From: Spirochaetia bacterium | GTDB taxonomy: Bacteria; Spirochaetota; Spirochaetia; SP-2023 | Assembly (NCBI GenBank): GCA_965263295.1 | Contig: OZ253665.1 | Span: 1,952,001 to 2,016,000, forward strand | Direction of reading: 5' to 3' | Length of the DNA: 64,000 nt | Shown here: positions 28,947 to 38,701 of the stretch, in pieces | Numbering within the stretch: position 1 is the first letter of the stretch | How the letters are laid out: every line of letters begins with the position of its first letter | Notes under the pieces: generated by a model | What the model was told of the DNA's origin: nothing | Databases searched by the model: none | Seen by the model: the letters and a program-made list of their open reading frames with translations, nothing else | Made by a program: the position numbers and the translations under genes

Positions 28947-30365
28947 ATGGATTACTCAAGGAAAAAATATTTCGATATTTGGTCACTAGCAAAGCTCGTA
29001 TGGAAAGGCATTGTTATAATGTTTTTACCGGCAATAATGGTTTCTTACTCCGCAAATCTATTAGATTTAGAAATTATGAATACCCCGGCTATGTTATTGT
29101 CTTTCGCTATCTCAGGAGTGTTATTAGGCATGCTTGGTGGGTTAATGATTGAGTCAAAAGTTAGGAAGGTATATACTTATAAGTGGATCTTAGCCATTAA
29201 AAATATTAAAGAAAACATCGATATTAATTACATCCAACTCTGTTCGAGAGATTTAACTACGATATATGAAAGAATTAGCTGGTATGCCCAAGACATATTT
29301 TGGGTTTGTAGTTTATTGCTGATTCTATTAGTCGGCTTGTTTTGGACATATACTTACGTAGGGCTAATCATTTCTTTCGGGTTCTGTCTCCTATTGTTTA
29401 TTTTATACTGTGGGACTATTGATTGGCTTATAACCACAAGAAAGAATTCCATTACAGGTTTCGATAAACTATTAGAGGCTACGCAAAATGCGCACAATTT
29501 GAATAAAATGAGTAGCTACATCAAAGATAATTTTTTTAAAAAAATTATAAATGAAAATAAGTATACTTGTATTTATGAGCCCGTAATGCATTTCTATAAA
29601 TCTAGATCAAGTATGCTGATATCAAAATCTATTGTTGGTATACACTGTTTGCTATTATGCGATATTATAATATTAACTTCACTTTTTTGGGGCATTAGTC
29701 AGCAAGAAAAATCGGAAAACATAGTTTTAATAATAACTATCTTGTTGCTAATTAAAGGTTATTTAGTAAATACATTTTTTGCTGTAACCGGATTTAAATC
29801 TCATGCTATCTCGGTCGATAGGCTTGAAATATCTTCTCAAAAGCATCAGTGTGTCAGAGCATTAGCTCATAAAAATGAATTTATGATTCCGGCTTTTAGT
29901 AGCATAATTGATTTCAAAAATTTGTCACTTAAAAAAGGGCATATATACCATCTTAGCGCAGACTCAGGTAGTGGTAAAACGACATACATGAAATGCGTAT
30001 CCAATATTATGCGTGTCAATTATTCAGATGTTTTTACACAGCACAAATATCAAGATGTTAAGATTGTTTACATCGACTCAGGGTGGGAAAAATATGTACC
30101 GGCTAAGTTTTCATCTATGGAAACGAAAGATACTCAAATCCAGATTCTCTTTAATTTAGTCAAGAAAATAATAGAGGAACACAAAAGACCTATAATTATT
30201 TGTTTAGATGAGATATTGAACGGTTTCGGAGAACAAGAGAAAGAATATTTTCTAAATAATATTACAAAGTTTATTAAAAATACTGAAGTCTCCGTTATTA
30301 TTTCTGATCATTCAGTGGCAGGGATACGCACGATAAAATTATTAGATTTGATAGAAACTAGGTAA
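28947..30365 (+). CDS. ABC-exporter-like TMD plus partial NBD (Walker A/B and H-loop, no signature)
   Basis: SADSGSGKTT, IICLDE, IISDH. Confidence 0.7.
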   Translation: MDYSRKKYFDIWSLAKLVWKGIVIMFLPAIMVSYSANLLDLEIMNTPAMLLSFAISGVLLGMLGGLMIESKVRKVYTYKWILAIKNIKENIDINYIQLCSRDLTTIYERISWYAQDIFWVCSLLLILLVGLFWTYTYVGLIISFGFCLLLFILYCGTIDWLITTRKNSITGFDKLLEATQNAHNLNKMSSYIKDNFFKKIINENKYTCIYEPVMHFYKSRSSMLISKSIVGIHCLLLCDIIILTSLFWGISQQEKSENIVLIITILLLIKGYLVNTFFAVTGFKSHAISVDRLEISSQKHQCVRALAHKNEFMIPAFSSIIDFKNLSLKKGHIYHLSADSGSGKTTYMKCVSNIMRVNYSDVFTQHKYQDVKIVYIDSGWEKYVPAKFSSMETKDTQIQILFNLVKKIIEEHKRPIIICLDEILNGFGEQEKEYFLNNITKFIKNTEVSVIISDHSVAGIRTIKLLDLIETR

Positions 30366-30485
30366 GAATGCATAAAAATTTATTTTTGGGAGATAAGGCT
30401 TTTTTGCTCCGATATAATACCAAGTTAAATGATGTCGAGTCAGAGAAATTATACCTGACTGAAATCGAATTAATTATGAACATCC

Positions 30486-31169
30486 TTATTTAGATATCTC
30501 GTCCCTGATAGCATTCAAAAAAGAACCTATGATAGCTCCGCTAAAAAACAAGTGATCATATACAACAAATAATTCTTTTCTTGTATACACAAAGGTCAGT
30601 GGTGGCCCCACAGACGCTTCCATAAGTGGCAAGAATCCACTGTCGACTCCAATACTATGCCAGTCTGTTATGGCTAAAGTAGGGAAATACTTTTCTCCCT
30701 TTTCCTGTAGCTTTTCATGATCTTTTATGTATAGCCACTGTTCTTCATGTGTCTTACAATATAAAATACATTTTTTAATATAATCATTGATCTCGTCGAT
30801 AGTTAACCTGTTGACAAACGGCACCATCGACAAATGACCTTCCCTGGTCTGGATGGAAAAACAGAAATGATGGTTGTCGTTAACAAACATCACATCCTGA
30901 CCGCCATGTCTGCCGATAATGCCGTTCAGGCCCTTGAATTCTTCTCTTGAAAGAACGTTGGAAATTGCTTTTAGGTTATGAGCAAGAAAATGCTTCTTTC
31001 TCTCAAGATTTATGTTAACTGAATGCTTCACACTTATGGGTTTGCTCTTTCGTCTTCTCCATATGTTATTTCTAATATTTGAAAAAGACATTTCAAAAAA
31101 TGGGTTGTTTTTATCTCTTTTCCCCAGCAGACCTCTGCCTACAATGTCCATCTCTCTTATTGTTATCAT
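30486..31169 (-). CDS. stand-alone CoA-acyltransferase-like protein (2-oxoacid dehydrogenase E2/CAT catalytic fold)
   Basis: PTLAITDWHSIGVDSGFLPL and YDHLFFSGAIIGSFL resemble E2 motifs; RBS GGAGG before ATG 31169. Confidence 0.6.
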   Translation of the reverse strand: MITIREMDIVGRGLLGKRDKNNPFFEMSFSNIRNNIWRRRKSKPISVKHSVNINLERKKHFLAHNLKAISNVLSREEFKGLNGIIGRHGGQDVMFVNDNHHFCFSIQTREGHLSMVPFVNRLTIDEINDYIKKCILYCKTHEEQWLYIKDHEKLQEKGEKYFPTLAITDWHSIGVDSGFLPLMEASVGPPLTFVYTRKELFVVYDHLFFSGAIIGSFLNAIRDEISK

Positions 31170-31263
31170 TTTGCACCTCCATGAAAGAACCGTGTCAGAT
31201 GTGTAATTAGGAACGCCGATCGCATTCTTATAAAAGTAGTATAATAAAAAAGCGATGTGAAAA

Positions 31264-31562
31264 CTATATGAATGGATTTCCCGTCGCCAACTGCGCACCT
31301 CTAAAAATCTGGAGGTGACCTTGAAGCGCTGTGTGCCATGTGGGTTCACTCGCGTTATACAACTCGGTGGGAATGAAGTCCGGTTCTATGAGGACGACTT
31401 CAATTCCTGGGAAGCAATAGATCATCTCTCTGCGCAGGGCATCGGCCAACGCTTCGACAGCATGTTTTGTCGACGGATACCAGCCCATCCCAGGTGGCGA
31501 TATATATACTGGCTGGATGAATTCTTCTGCTTGAACAGAGTATCGATTATGTTTTTAATCAT
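31264..31562 (-). pseudogene. short-chain dehydrogenase/reductase fragment
   Basis: YPSTKHAVEALADALRRE...VVLIEP; no Rossmann N-terminus, upstream frame broken. Confidence 0.75.
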
Positions 31563-31764
31563 GTTGGAGCCGATGGGGCAATTTTAGGTACGGGCAATTC
31601 TGAGCATTTGAAAAGTTTCGTTGACAATGCTGCTTCGATAGGGGTTTTTAGTGACAAAAATATTGATGCGACATAATAGGTTTGAAGGTCGCTCTTTGGA
31701 TGATTCCTTAAAATTTTTAAAAAATGCTTAGCTCTGGGGTAAAGCCTGGATATGACAAGCGGCG

Positions 31765-31811
31765 AAAGCGAGTAGCCCCCCGATTAGCCCTTGGGGGTTA
31801 CTCGCTTTTTT
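31765..31811 (+). terminator. intrinsic-terminator-like hairpin
   Basis: AAAGCGAGTAGCCCC...GGGGTTACTCGCTTTTTT. Confidence 0.65.
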
Positions 31812-31860
31812 CATGGTTACTTGGCCAGGAACTGTGAAAGGGGGGGCTAGTCAACTTGAA

Positions 31861-31917
31861 ATACTATCTATAGTATATATTTGTAATTTTATAGGATATA
31901 TAACCTATATATAGTGT
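31861..31917 (+). promoter_or_regulatory. tandem NrdR boxes
   Basis: ATACTATCTATAGTAT (31861) and AACCTATATATAGTGT (31902), starts 41 bp apart, directly before nrdD. Confidence 0.75.
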
Positions 31918-31943
31918 ATGCAATCGGGAGTGGAGCCATACCT

Positions 31944-33683
31944 ATGAAGCAAGTTGAAGTGTTAAATCCGAAATCGACGCGTGGTTGGGTTGATAGCCGT
32001 GAGACCTTTGAAGAATATCTATGGCAACAAGATTGGCGGGTACGGGAAAATGCCAATCAGAGTTATTCACTGGGTGGATTAATGCAGGGTCTGTCGGGGA
32101 AACTGACAGCCAATTACTGGCTGGAAGAGGTTTACCCGCAGTCAATAAGCGAGTTACACCGCAACGCCGATATTCATATTCACGATCTGGGCATGTTTTG
32201 TGGTTATTGTGCCGGGTGGTCGTTGCGTCAATTGTTGCACGAAGGCTTCAATGGGGTTGCCGGTTCAGTGGAAGCTGCTCCGGCACGCCACCTGCGCTCG
32301 GCCATTGGTCAAATAGCCAATTTTCTGGGTACACTGCAAAATGAATGGGCCGGCGCTCAAGCCTTATCTTCAGTGGACAGCTATCTAGCTCCCTACGTGC
32401 GAGTCGATCAGCTCAGTTACAAAGAAGTCAAGCAAAATATGCAAGAACTTATTTACAATCTGAATGTGATGTCGCGCTGGGGATCGCAGGCACCGTTTAC
32501 CAACTTCACCTTTGACTGGAGTTGTTCGCCCGACTTGAAGGCCCAGCGGGTTGTGCTGGGCGGCGAAGAGCAGGATTTTTGTTACGGTGACCTGCAAACA
32601 GAAATGAACATGATCAACAAGGCTTTCATTGAAGTCATGAATCGAGGGGATGCCAAAGGGCGTATTTTCACTTTTCCAATCCCGACCTATAACATAACGG
32701 AAGATTTTGACTGGGACGGGGAAAATGCGCAGTTATTGTTTGAAGTGACAGCCAAGTATGGCCTACCATACTTTCAGAATTTCCTGAACTCTGATCTCTC
32801 CCCCTCTGATGTGCGGTCAATGTGTTGTCGTTTACAACTGGATTTACGCGAGTTGCGCAAACGAGGCGGCGGGCTTTTTGGTTCGTCAGAGCAGACAGGT
32901 TCAATTGGCGTGGTGACAATTAACTGCGCACGCCTGGGGCATCTTTTCAGTAACCGACAAGAAGCTTTGCTGTTCAAGCATCTGGATTATCTGCTGGCGC
33001 AAGCTAAAGACAGCCTTGAAATCAAGCGCAAGGTCATTAACCACTACCTCAAGCGCGGTCTATTTCCTTATACACGACGCTACTTGCACAATTTAGATAG
33101 ACACTTTGCCACTATCGGGGTCAATGGTATCAACGAGATGCTGCGTAATTTCACCAATGACAAAGAGGACATTACGAGCGCTTGGGGTAAGAATTTTGCC
33201 GAGCAATTTCTGGAATACATACGGAATCGGATGCAAGACTTCCAGGAAGAAACTGGCGGGCTTTACAATCTGGAGGCCACGCCAGCCGAAGGAACAACTT
33301 ACCGCTTTGCCCGCAAGGATCAGGAGTTGTATCCCGGTATCCTTCAGGCTGGTGTTCCAGAAGCGCCATATTATACCAATTCCTCCCAATTACCGGTGGG
33401 ATATGGGGGCAGCCCGCTAGGGACGCTGGATCATCAGGAATCTTTACAACGCAAATATACGGGTGGCACCGTTTTACACTTATATATGGCCGAGCCAATT
33501 AATTCCTGGCATCAGTGTCAAAAACTGGTTCGTCGAATTTTGGAAAACTATCGCATCCCATACCTGACAATTTCACCCACTTTCTCAATTTGTCCGAAGC
33601 ATGGATATATTGGTGGAAAGCACGAATTTTGTCCCAAATGTGATGCGGAACTACTAATTGAATACTCGCAACGAAGGAGTTAA
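31944..33683 (+). CDS. nrdD: class III (anaerobic) ribonucleoside-triphosphate reductase, large part, no ATP cone and no Gly-radical loop
   Basis: HIHDL..GYCAGWSL, SMCCRL, NLEATPAE, CPKH..CPKC. Confidence 0.92.
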   Translation: MKQVEVLNPKSTRGWVDSRETFEEYLWQQDWRVRENANQSYSLGGLMQGLSGKLTANYWLEEVYPQSISELHRNADIHIHDLGMFCGYCAGWSLRQLLHEGFNGVAGSVEAAPARHLRSAIGQIANFLGTLQNEWAGAQALSSVDSYLAPYVRVDQLSYKEVKQNMQELIYNLNVMSRWGSQAPFTNFTFDWSCSPDLKAQRVVLGGEEQDFCYGDLQTEMNMINKAFIEVMNRGDAKGRIFTFPIPTYNITEDFDWDGENAQLLFEVTAKYGLPYFQNFLNSDLSPSDVRSMCCRLQLDLRELRKRGGGLFGSSEQTGSIGVVTINCARLGHLFSNRQEALLFKHLDYLLAQAKDSLEIKRKVINHYLKRGLFPYTRRYLHNLDRHFATIGVNGINEMLRNFTNDKEDITSAWGKNFAEQFLEYIRNRMQDFQEETGGLYNLEATPAEGTTYRFARKDQELYPGILQAGVPEAPYYTNSSQLPVGYGGSPLGTLDHQESLQRKYTGGTVLHLYMAEPINSWHQCQKLVRRILENYRIPYLTISPTFSICPKHGYIGGKHEFCPKCDAELLIEYSQRRS

Positions 33684-33685
33684 AT

Positions 33686-33859
33686 ATGAGTAAGAGTATT
33701 GAGACGGCAGATAAGTTACCCTTAGAATGGCAGGAACGTCGTTGCCGTTGTGAGATCTGGACACGTGTTATGGGCTACCACCGCCCGTATAAGTCGTTTA
33801 ACGCCGGCAAGCAGGCCGAGTTTCGCGAACGGAAATACTGGGGCAAGGATTCTTTTTAA
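33686..33859 (+). CDS. separately encoded NrdD glycyl-radical domain, 57 aa (absent from the ORF track)
   Basis: CEIWTRVMGYHRPYKSFNAGKQAEFRERK; own RBS AAGGAG. Confidence 0.9.
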   Translation: MSKSIETADKLPLEWQERRCRCEIWTRVMGYHRPYKSFNAGKQAEFRERKYWGKDSF

Positions 33860-34028
33860 AGGATTTTTGTTAGCTGTAGAACATCCCACCCTAAGCGTAA
33901 AGTCAAGGATGGGTCTGAAATCATCAGGGGAAAATCTGCGATAAGAAGTACCAAAATCTGCGTCAGTTCTAAATCGCGGCCCGGTTGTTGGCCCGATCAC
34001 GCAACAAAGGGCTGGCTAAGGAATGGTT

Positions 34029-34856
34029 TCAGGGTGCTTTGATCTTTATTTTAGGCCGTTTGCGGAAGTACAGACCGCGCTCTAGCTCATCGTGCACCTG
34101 GAGGTAGAAGTCTTTGGCTGCCGCGGCAGATTTGAGTTCACTGTGCGGGCTTTGAAATACAAAATGCACGGCGCGGTGCTGGATAAAAAGGATGAATTCG
34201 GTATATAAATATTTTTTAGACATAAAATACAGCAAATAGCCATAGTTGTCGTTGTGCCCAAAGCTATGTACCTCCGGTGCTCGCACCTCGCGTATTTGCA
34301 CCGAATTTTGCCAGCTGGCCCGCAAGTTCGCCAGGTATTCGCGGGGTTGTACCTGATACGCTTCGTCATAGACGACGAACTGGATGCTTGGGCTGGGCTT
34401 CCTTCCGCTCCGTTGTGACCTGTAGGCCCGCATAGCGATATTTTGTGGCATCTGTTGCAGGTCCTGCAGGGCATCGGCGCCAAACTGCGCCGTATTTGGC
34501 ACAGACATTGTTGTGTTCGTTGTTGTGCCCGTTCCGGGACTTTGACAATCGTGAGCCTGCCAGTTGCGCAGCTCATCCCAGCGTTTTGAGGCACGGAAGA
34601 ACAGAAACTCTGTCTTGTTGTTCTCCTTGCTGTTCTCGCGCGCCTGGCTATCAGGTCCTGGCACATTACGCGGAGCTTGGGCCGTGGCGTGCTTGCCTGT
34701 CTTGAAGTCCACAACTGGGAATTGCAGCAAACGCGACTCGGAATTGGCGTGTACGATAAGACGGGAGGGTGCCGCATTGCCGCCAGCAGCCTGGCTCTGG
34801 CAGCCGAGAAGAGGAAGCGCCAATAGTTGGCTAATCAGGTATAGCGAGAACTTCAT
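34029..34856 (-). CDS. lipoprotein of unknown function
   Basis: signal peptide ending LLGC, 275 aa. Confidence 0.65.
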   Translation of the reverse strand: MKFSLYLISQLLALPLLGCQSQAAGGNAAPSRLIVHANSESRLLQFPVVDFKTGKHATAQAPRNVPGPDSQARENSKENNKTEFLFFRASKRWDELRNWQAHDCQSPGTGTTTNTTMSVPNTAQFGADALQDLQQMPQNIAMRAYRSQRSGRKPSPSIQFVVYDEAYQVQPREYLANLRASWQNSVQIREVRAPEVHSFGHNDNYGYLLYFMSKKYLYTEFILFIQHRAVHFVFQSPHSELKSAAAAKDFYLQVHDELERGLYFRKRPKIKIKAP

Positions 34857-34922
34857 ATCTTGGGTATCCTAGTGAAATCGTTATTTTTTTTGACAGGCCC
34901 CCCAATACTGCAAGGTCATAGA

Positions 34923-34951
34923 TTGACTGTCAATTATGATCTAATTATAAT
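34923..34951 (+). promoter_or_regulatory. sigma70 promoter of the rplU operon
   Basis: TTGACT-17 bp-TATAAT. Confidence 0.8.
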
Positions 34952-35085
34952 ATTGCGCCGCTAAGATTTGCCTCCATGCCAAATGGAGGGAGCTCTGGTT
35001 TTTGATGGTGGTGGAAATTGCGGTTCGTGTGTGCGGCTTTCCGCGACGACATAACCAATAAAATGTTCAATTTATGGAGTAGCTC

Positions 35086-35403
35086 ATGTACGCATTAGTC
35101 GAAATTAAAGGTAAGCAATATAAAGCGGTCAAGGGTGAAACCCTGAAGGTCGACCGTTTTAATGAAGGGGCCGGCACTAGCTTGGACTGCGATAAAGTCA
35201 TGCTGTTATCCGATGGCGATAAAAGTGTTGTCGGTAAACCTTACGTGGCCGGTGCCAGTGTGAAATTAACTCTCGGTGAGGCCGTCAAGGGTAAGAAGCT
35301 CCGCGTATTCAAGTACAAACGTCGCAAAAAGTACCGCTTGACTCGTGGCCACCGTCAACAGTATAGCCTACTGAAAGTTGAAGATATTCAGGGTAGCCTT
35401 TAA
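35086..35403 (+). CDS. rplU: 50S ribosomal protein L21
   Basis: MYALVEIKGKQYK...GHRQQYS. Confidence 0.97.
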   Translation: MYALVEIKGKQYKAVKGETLKVDRFNEGAGTSLDCDKVMLLSDGDKSVVGKPYVAGASVKLTLGEAVKGKKLRVFKYKRRKKYRLTRGHRQQYSLLKVEDIQGSL

Positions 35404-35441
35404 GCCCCGCCGCAAAATTGCGCTGAGCAAGTACCGAGGTC

Positions 35442-35771
35442 TTGAGTTTGCAGGCTGTATTGCAATGGCGCCGCGCTGTACTGGTGTATGTCAGAGTGTC
35501 GGGCCACGCTGCGGCCGGCCAAGTTGAGCTTTGTATTGCCGCAAGTTGTTTGTTGCGCAGCTGTGCTTCGGCCATACAGGAGCTGAGGCTACCGGCTGCT
35601 TGCTGGCAATTAAGCTTGCCGCAAGAAGGTGAGTTTGTTTGGCGACTGATAGACTGGCCTGCTGAATGTTTGGGAGTCGTACAGGGGATTTCGTCAGTTC
35701 TAGCCACTGGTTTGCGCCGGCTGGCCGCAGACTTTCCGGCTTTAGAGCTCAGAGAGTTGGCGGCAAATTGA
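35442..35771 (+). CDS. prp: Prp/YsxB-like ribosomal-processing cysteine protease
   Basis: SGHA...LCIAAS His/Cys pair; position between rplU and rpmA. Confidence 0.7.
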   Translation: MSLQAVLQWRRAVLVYVRVSGHAAAGQVELCIAASCLLRSCASAIQELRLPAACWQLSLPQEGEFVWRLIDWPAECLGVVQGISSVLATGLRRLAADFPALELRELAAN

Positions 35772-35817
35772 TTTTATGAATAAATAGCTGTCGGGAGGCA
35801 GTAAAAGGAAGGAAGTC

Positions 35818-36078
35818 ATGGCACATAAAAAAGGGGGCGGTAGCTCAAAGAATGGGCGCGATTCTAAATCGAAGCGTCTGGGTGTAAAGCGCTTCGGCGG
35901 TCAATTAGTCAAGGCCGGTGAGATTATCGTGCGTCAGCGCGGCACTAAGTTCCATCCCGGCAAGAATGTGGGCGTTGGTCGCGACCACTCTTTGTTCGCT
36001 CTGGAGCAGGGTCACATCCGTTTTCATTTCACCTTGGGCAAAAAACGCGTTTCGGTAGACACTCAAGTCACGGCCTAG
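35818..36078 (+). CDS. rpmA: 50S ribosomal protein L27
   Basis: [16 protein letters not shown]. Confidence 0.98.
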   Translation: MAHKKGGGSSKNGRDSKSKRLGVKRFGGQLVKAGEIIVRQRGTKFHPGKNVGVGRDHSLFALEQGHIRFHFTLGKKRVSVDTQVTA

Positions 36079-36191
36079 TTGTCCAGCGCAGAATTCGTGA
36101 TTCGTGTTCATGATTCATGATGGCGAGGCCTGGATTTCTGCAGGCCTTGTTTTCTATTCATATTTTTCCTGTCCATGAAAGGCAGAAAAAA

Positions 36192-37214
36192 ATGCGACGT
36201 TCGCGATCGTTTGTCGACTCAGTGCATCTGCGGCTTTGTGCCGGCCAAGGAGGAGATGGTGCGGTATCGTTTCTGCGTGAGCGCTGCCGGCCCAATGGAG
36301 GGCCCGACGGCGGTGACGGCGGGGCCGGTGGCAATGTGTTGATTGAGGTCTCGCACAATTTGAACACATTGTCTCATTTAGTTGGAATAAAACAAATTAA
36401 TGCCGATCAAGGCAAAAGGGGCACAGGGGGCTGTCGCTCTGGTCACAGTGGCAACGATGTCAAGGTTTTGGTAGCGCCGGGGACGCTGATTTACAATGCC
36501 GAGACGGGCGAATTGATACTGGATACCGTGAATATCCAGCCCGGCGAGGGCCATGTATTGTTGCATGGAGGCCGGGGCGGCAAGGGTAACCACCATTTTA
36601 AGGGACCTCGACGTCAATTGCCGCGTTTTGCTCAAGCGGGAGAAGAGGGCGAAGAAGGCTACTTTCGCCTGGAACTGCGCCTGATTGCCGATATTGGCCT
36701 GGTCGGCTTGCCCAATGCGGGCAAGTCTTCGCTACAAAACTTGCTGACTAACGCCCGCGCCCATGTCGGCGCTTACCCATTTAGCACCACCGTCCCCAAC
36801 CTGGGGGTTCTTCAAGTTTCTGGCCAGGACATCGTGATTGCCGATATTCCCGGTATTATTCAAGGTGCCGCCGAGGGTTGCGGCCTCGGATTGCACTTTC
36901 TCGGCCATATATCCCGCGCCGCAGCCCTTCTTTTTGTCGTAGATACCGCGGAAACCGGTTGTGAAGTCGTGGTTGAGCAGCTGCGCGGGGAGCTGGCCTC
37001 TTACGATGAGCAGTTTCATAGCCAGTTGTCGCAAAAACCTTGGGCTATTCTGGCCAACAAGATCGACATACCTGAAGCCGCTGGGAATTTACAGCGGTTG
37101 CGCCATACTTATCCGAAGATTGAAATTGTAGCGGTATCTTGCCTCGACCCCAAATATGTGCCGCACTTGCAGGAATTCCTGCCGCGTTTGAAAAAAATGG
37201 CTAAATTGGGATGA
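36192..37214 (+). CDS. obgE: Obg GTPase
   Basis: GGPDGGDGG, GLPNAGKSS, DIPG, NKID. Confidence 0.95.
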   Translation: MRRSRSFVDSVHLRLCAGQGGDGAVSFLRERCRPNGGPDGGDGGAGGNVLIEVSHNLNTLSHLVGIKQINADQGKRGTGGCRSGHSGNDVKVLVAPGTLIYNAETGELILDTVNIQPGEGHVLLHGGRGGKGNHHFKGPRRQLPRFAQAGEEGEEGYFRLELRLIADIGLVGLPNAGKSSLQNLLTNARAHVGAYPFSTTVPNLGVLQVSGQDIVIADIPGIIQGAAEGCGLGLHFLGHISRAAALLFVVDTAETGCEVVVEQLRGELASYDEQFHSQLSQKPWAILANKIDIPEAAGNLQRLRHTYPKIEIVAVSCLDPKYVPHLQEFLPRLKKMAKLG

Positions 37215-37228
37215 AAATTGGATGAAAA

Positions 37229-37909
37229 TTGATTGGGCCACACGGCAAAGAACAGTCGGTTGTGCACTCTGAGAAATTCCAGGCTCTCTATTTCGGCGGC
37301 AGCTTTAATCCCTTTCATAGAGGGCATATGACTATCGTGGGCGAGCTGCAGCGCCTGTTCCCACAAAACTTGATCGTCTTGCTGCCCAACCGTGTTTCGC
37401 CGTTAAAACAGCCAGATGATACGTGGCCGACGGTCCAGCAAAAGCTGGCAATGATGCAGGCCGTTCTGCTCGATTTACAAGAATCCCTGCCAGGGGCTTC
37501 GTTGCGTTTAGAGCTCTGCGAGCTCCAACGAAATGCTCCTTCTTATACTTCGGATACCCTGCGTTATTTGCAAGGGGAAAATATTTGCCGTGCGGTCGAT
37601 GCTGGGCGGCGTCACTTCGCGCTGGTCCTAGGCTGGGATAGTTTTTGTTCCTTACCGTTGTGGCGAGATTGGGAGTTTCTGTTGGGGGCCTGCCATTTTC
37701 TTGTCTTCTGCCGCCCAAGTCAAAAGCCGCTCTGTGAGCCGCCGCGTGAACTGCTCGTGCGCTCTGAATACACCCTGCTGGAATTGAATGAGCCATGGTC
37801 TTCGCGCGACTTGCGGCAATGGCTGGCCGCAGGTCGTCACAAGCCTTGGGATTACCTGCTGGGGCCGCGGCAATGGACTTATATCCGGCAGCATGGCCTG
37901 TATCAATAA
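37229..37909 (+). CDS. nadD: nicotinate-nucleotide adenylyltransferase
   Basis: FGGSFNPFHRGH, SYTSDTL, LGWDS. Confidence 0.88.
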   Translation: MIGPHGKEQSVVHSEKFQALYFGGSFNPFHRGHMTIVGELQRLFPQNLIVLLPNRVSPLKQPDDTWPTVQQKLAMMQAVLLDLQESLPGASLRLELCELQRNAPSYTSDTLRYLQGENICRAVDAGRRHFALVLGWDSFCSLPLWRDWEFLLGACHFLVFCRPSQKPLCEPPRELLVRSEYTLLELNEPWSSRDLRQWLAAGRHKPWDYLLGPRQWTYIRQHGLYQ

Positions 37910-38074
37910 GCTGAGAGCAGGGATCTACTTTGAGGCGACTTGTGAAGAGCCGGTCTGGCGGCCGAATGGCATTCCTGCCCTAGATGGGGAAAGACTGGAA
38001 AAGGCTGGGCAGAAGGCCCTGCTTTCGCTACCTTTTAAATAGCACAAACAAAAATAGCCCGCAACGAGAACAAT

Positions 38075-38698
38075 ATGAACAACGAGCAAAGCAAGCAAGC
38101 TAAAGCTGTCCGCGATTTCTGTAAACATTACCTGAGTGAGGATCGTTATCGGCACTTGGAGCGAGTATTCCAAACGATGATAGAGCTTAACAAACGTAAG
38201 AGCCTCGGCATCTCGGATGATCAAATGGCTCTGGCGGGCTTTGGCCATGACATCGCGCGTGAGTTACCCGGCGAGATCTCGGCGCTATTGCTGGAACAGG
38301 CCGGTATGGAGCTGGAACCGTGGGAGCATGAGTTTAAATTATTCTGTCATTCCCGGGCCAGCATTGTGATTTTACGCCAGTGCTTCGGCGTAGAAGATGC
38401 CGAGGTATTTCAGGCGATGAAGTGCCACACCTTGGGCGACGCCGGCCTCTGTACTTTGGCAAAACTCCTTTATGTTGCCGACTTTCTGGAGCCCAAACGC
38501 CATTTTCTCCAGCCCGAAGAGAGACAGAAATGCATGGATGCGGAATTGAACTCCATGGTCTACGAAGTTTGCCGTCGCACTTCCAAGTTCTTGCAGGACA
38601 ATGACAAGCCCATCCTGCCTCCCACGCGGGCCATGATTAAAGAGCTGGAGCAGGAGTTGGCGATTTCCCGTGAACAGCGCTTTGATCTCAACCGCTGA
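38075..38698 (+). CDS. yqeK: HD-domain Ap4A hydrolase, YqeK family
   Basis: RYRH, HDIAR, HTLG, LYVADFLEP; follows nadD. Confidence 0.85.
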   Translation: MNNEQSKQAKAVRDFCKHYLSEDRYRHLERVFQTMIELNKRKSLGISDDQMALAGFGHDIARELPGEISALLLEQAGMELEPWEHEFKLFCHSRASIVILRQCFGVEDAEVFQAMKCHTLGDAGLCTLAKLLYVADFLEPKRHFLQPEERQKCMDAELNSMVYEVCRRTSKFLQDNDKPILPPTRAMIKELEQELAISREQRFDLNR

Positions 38699-38701
38699 GC
38701 A

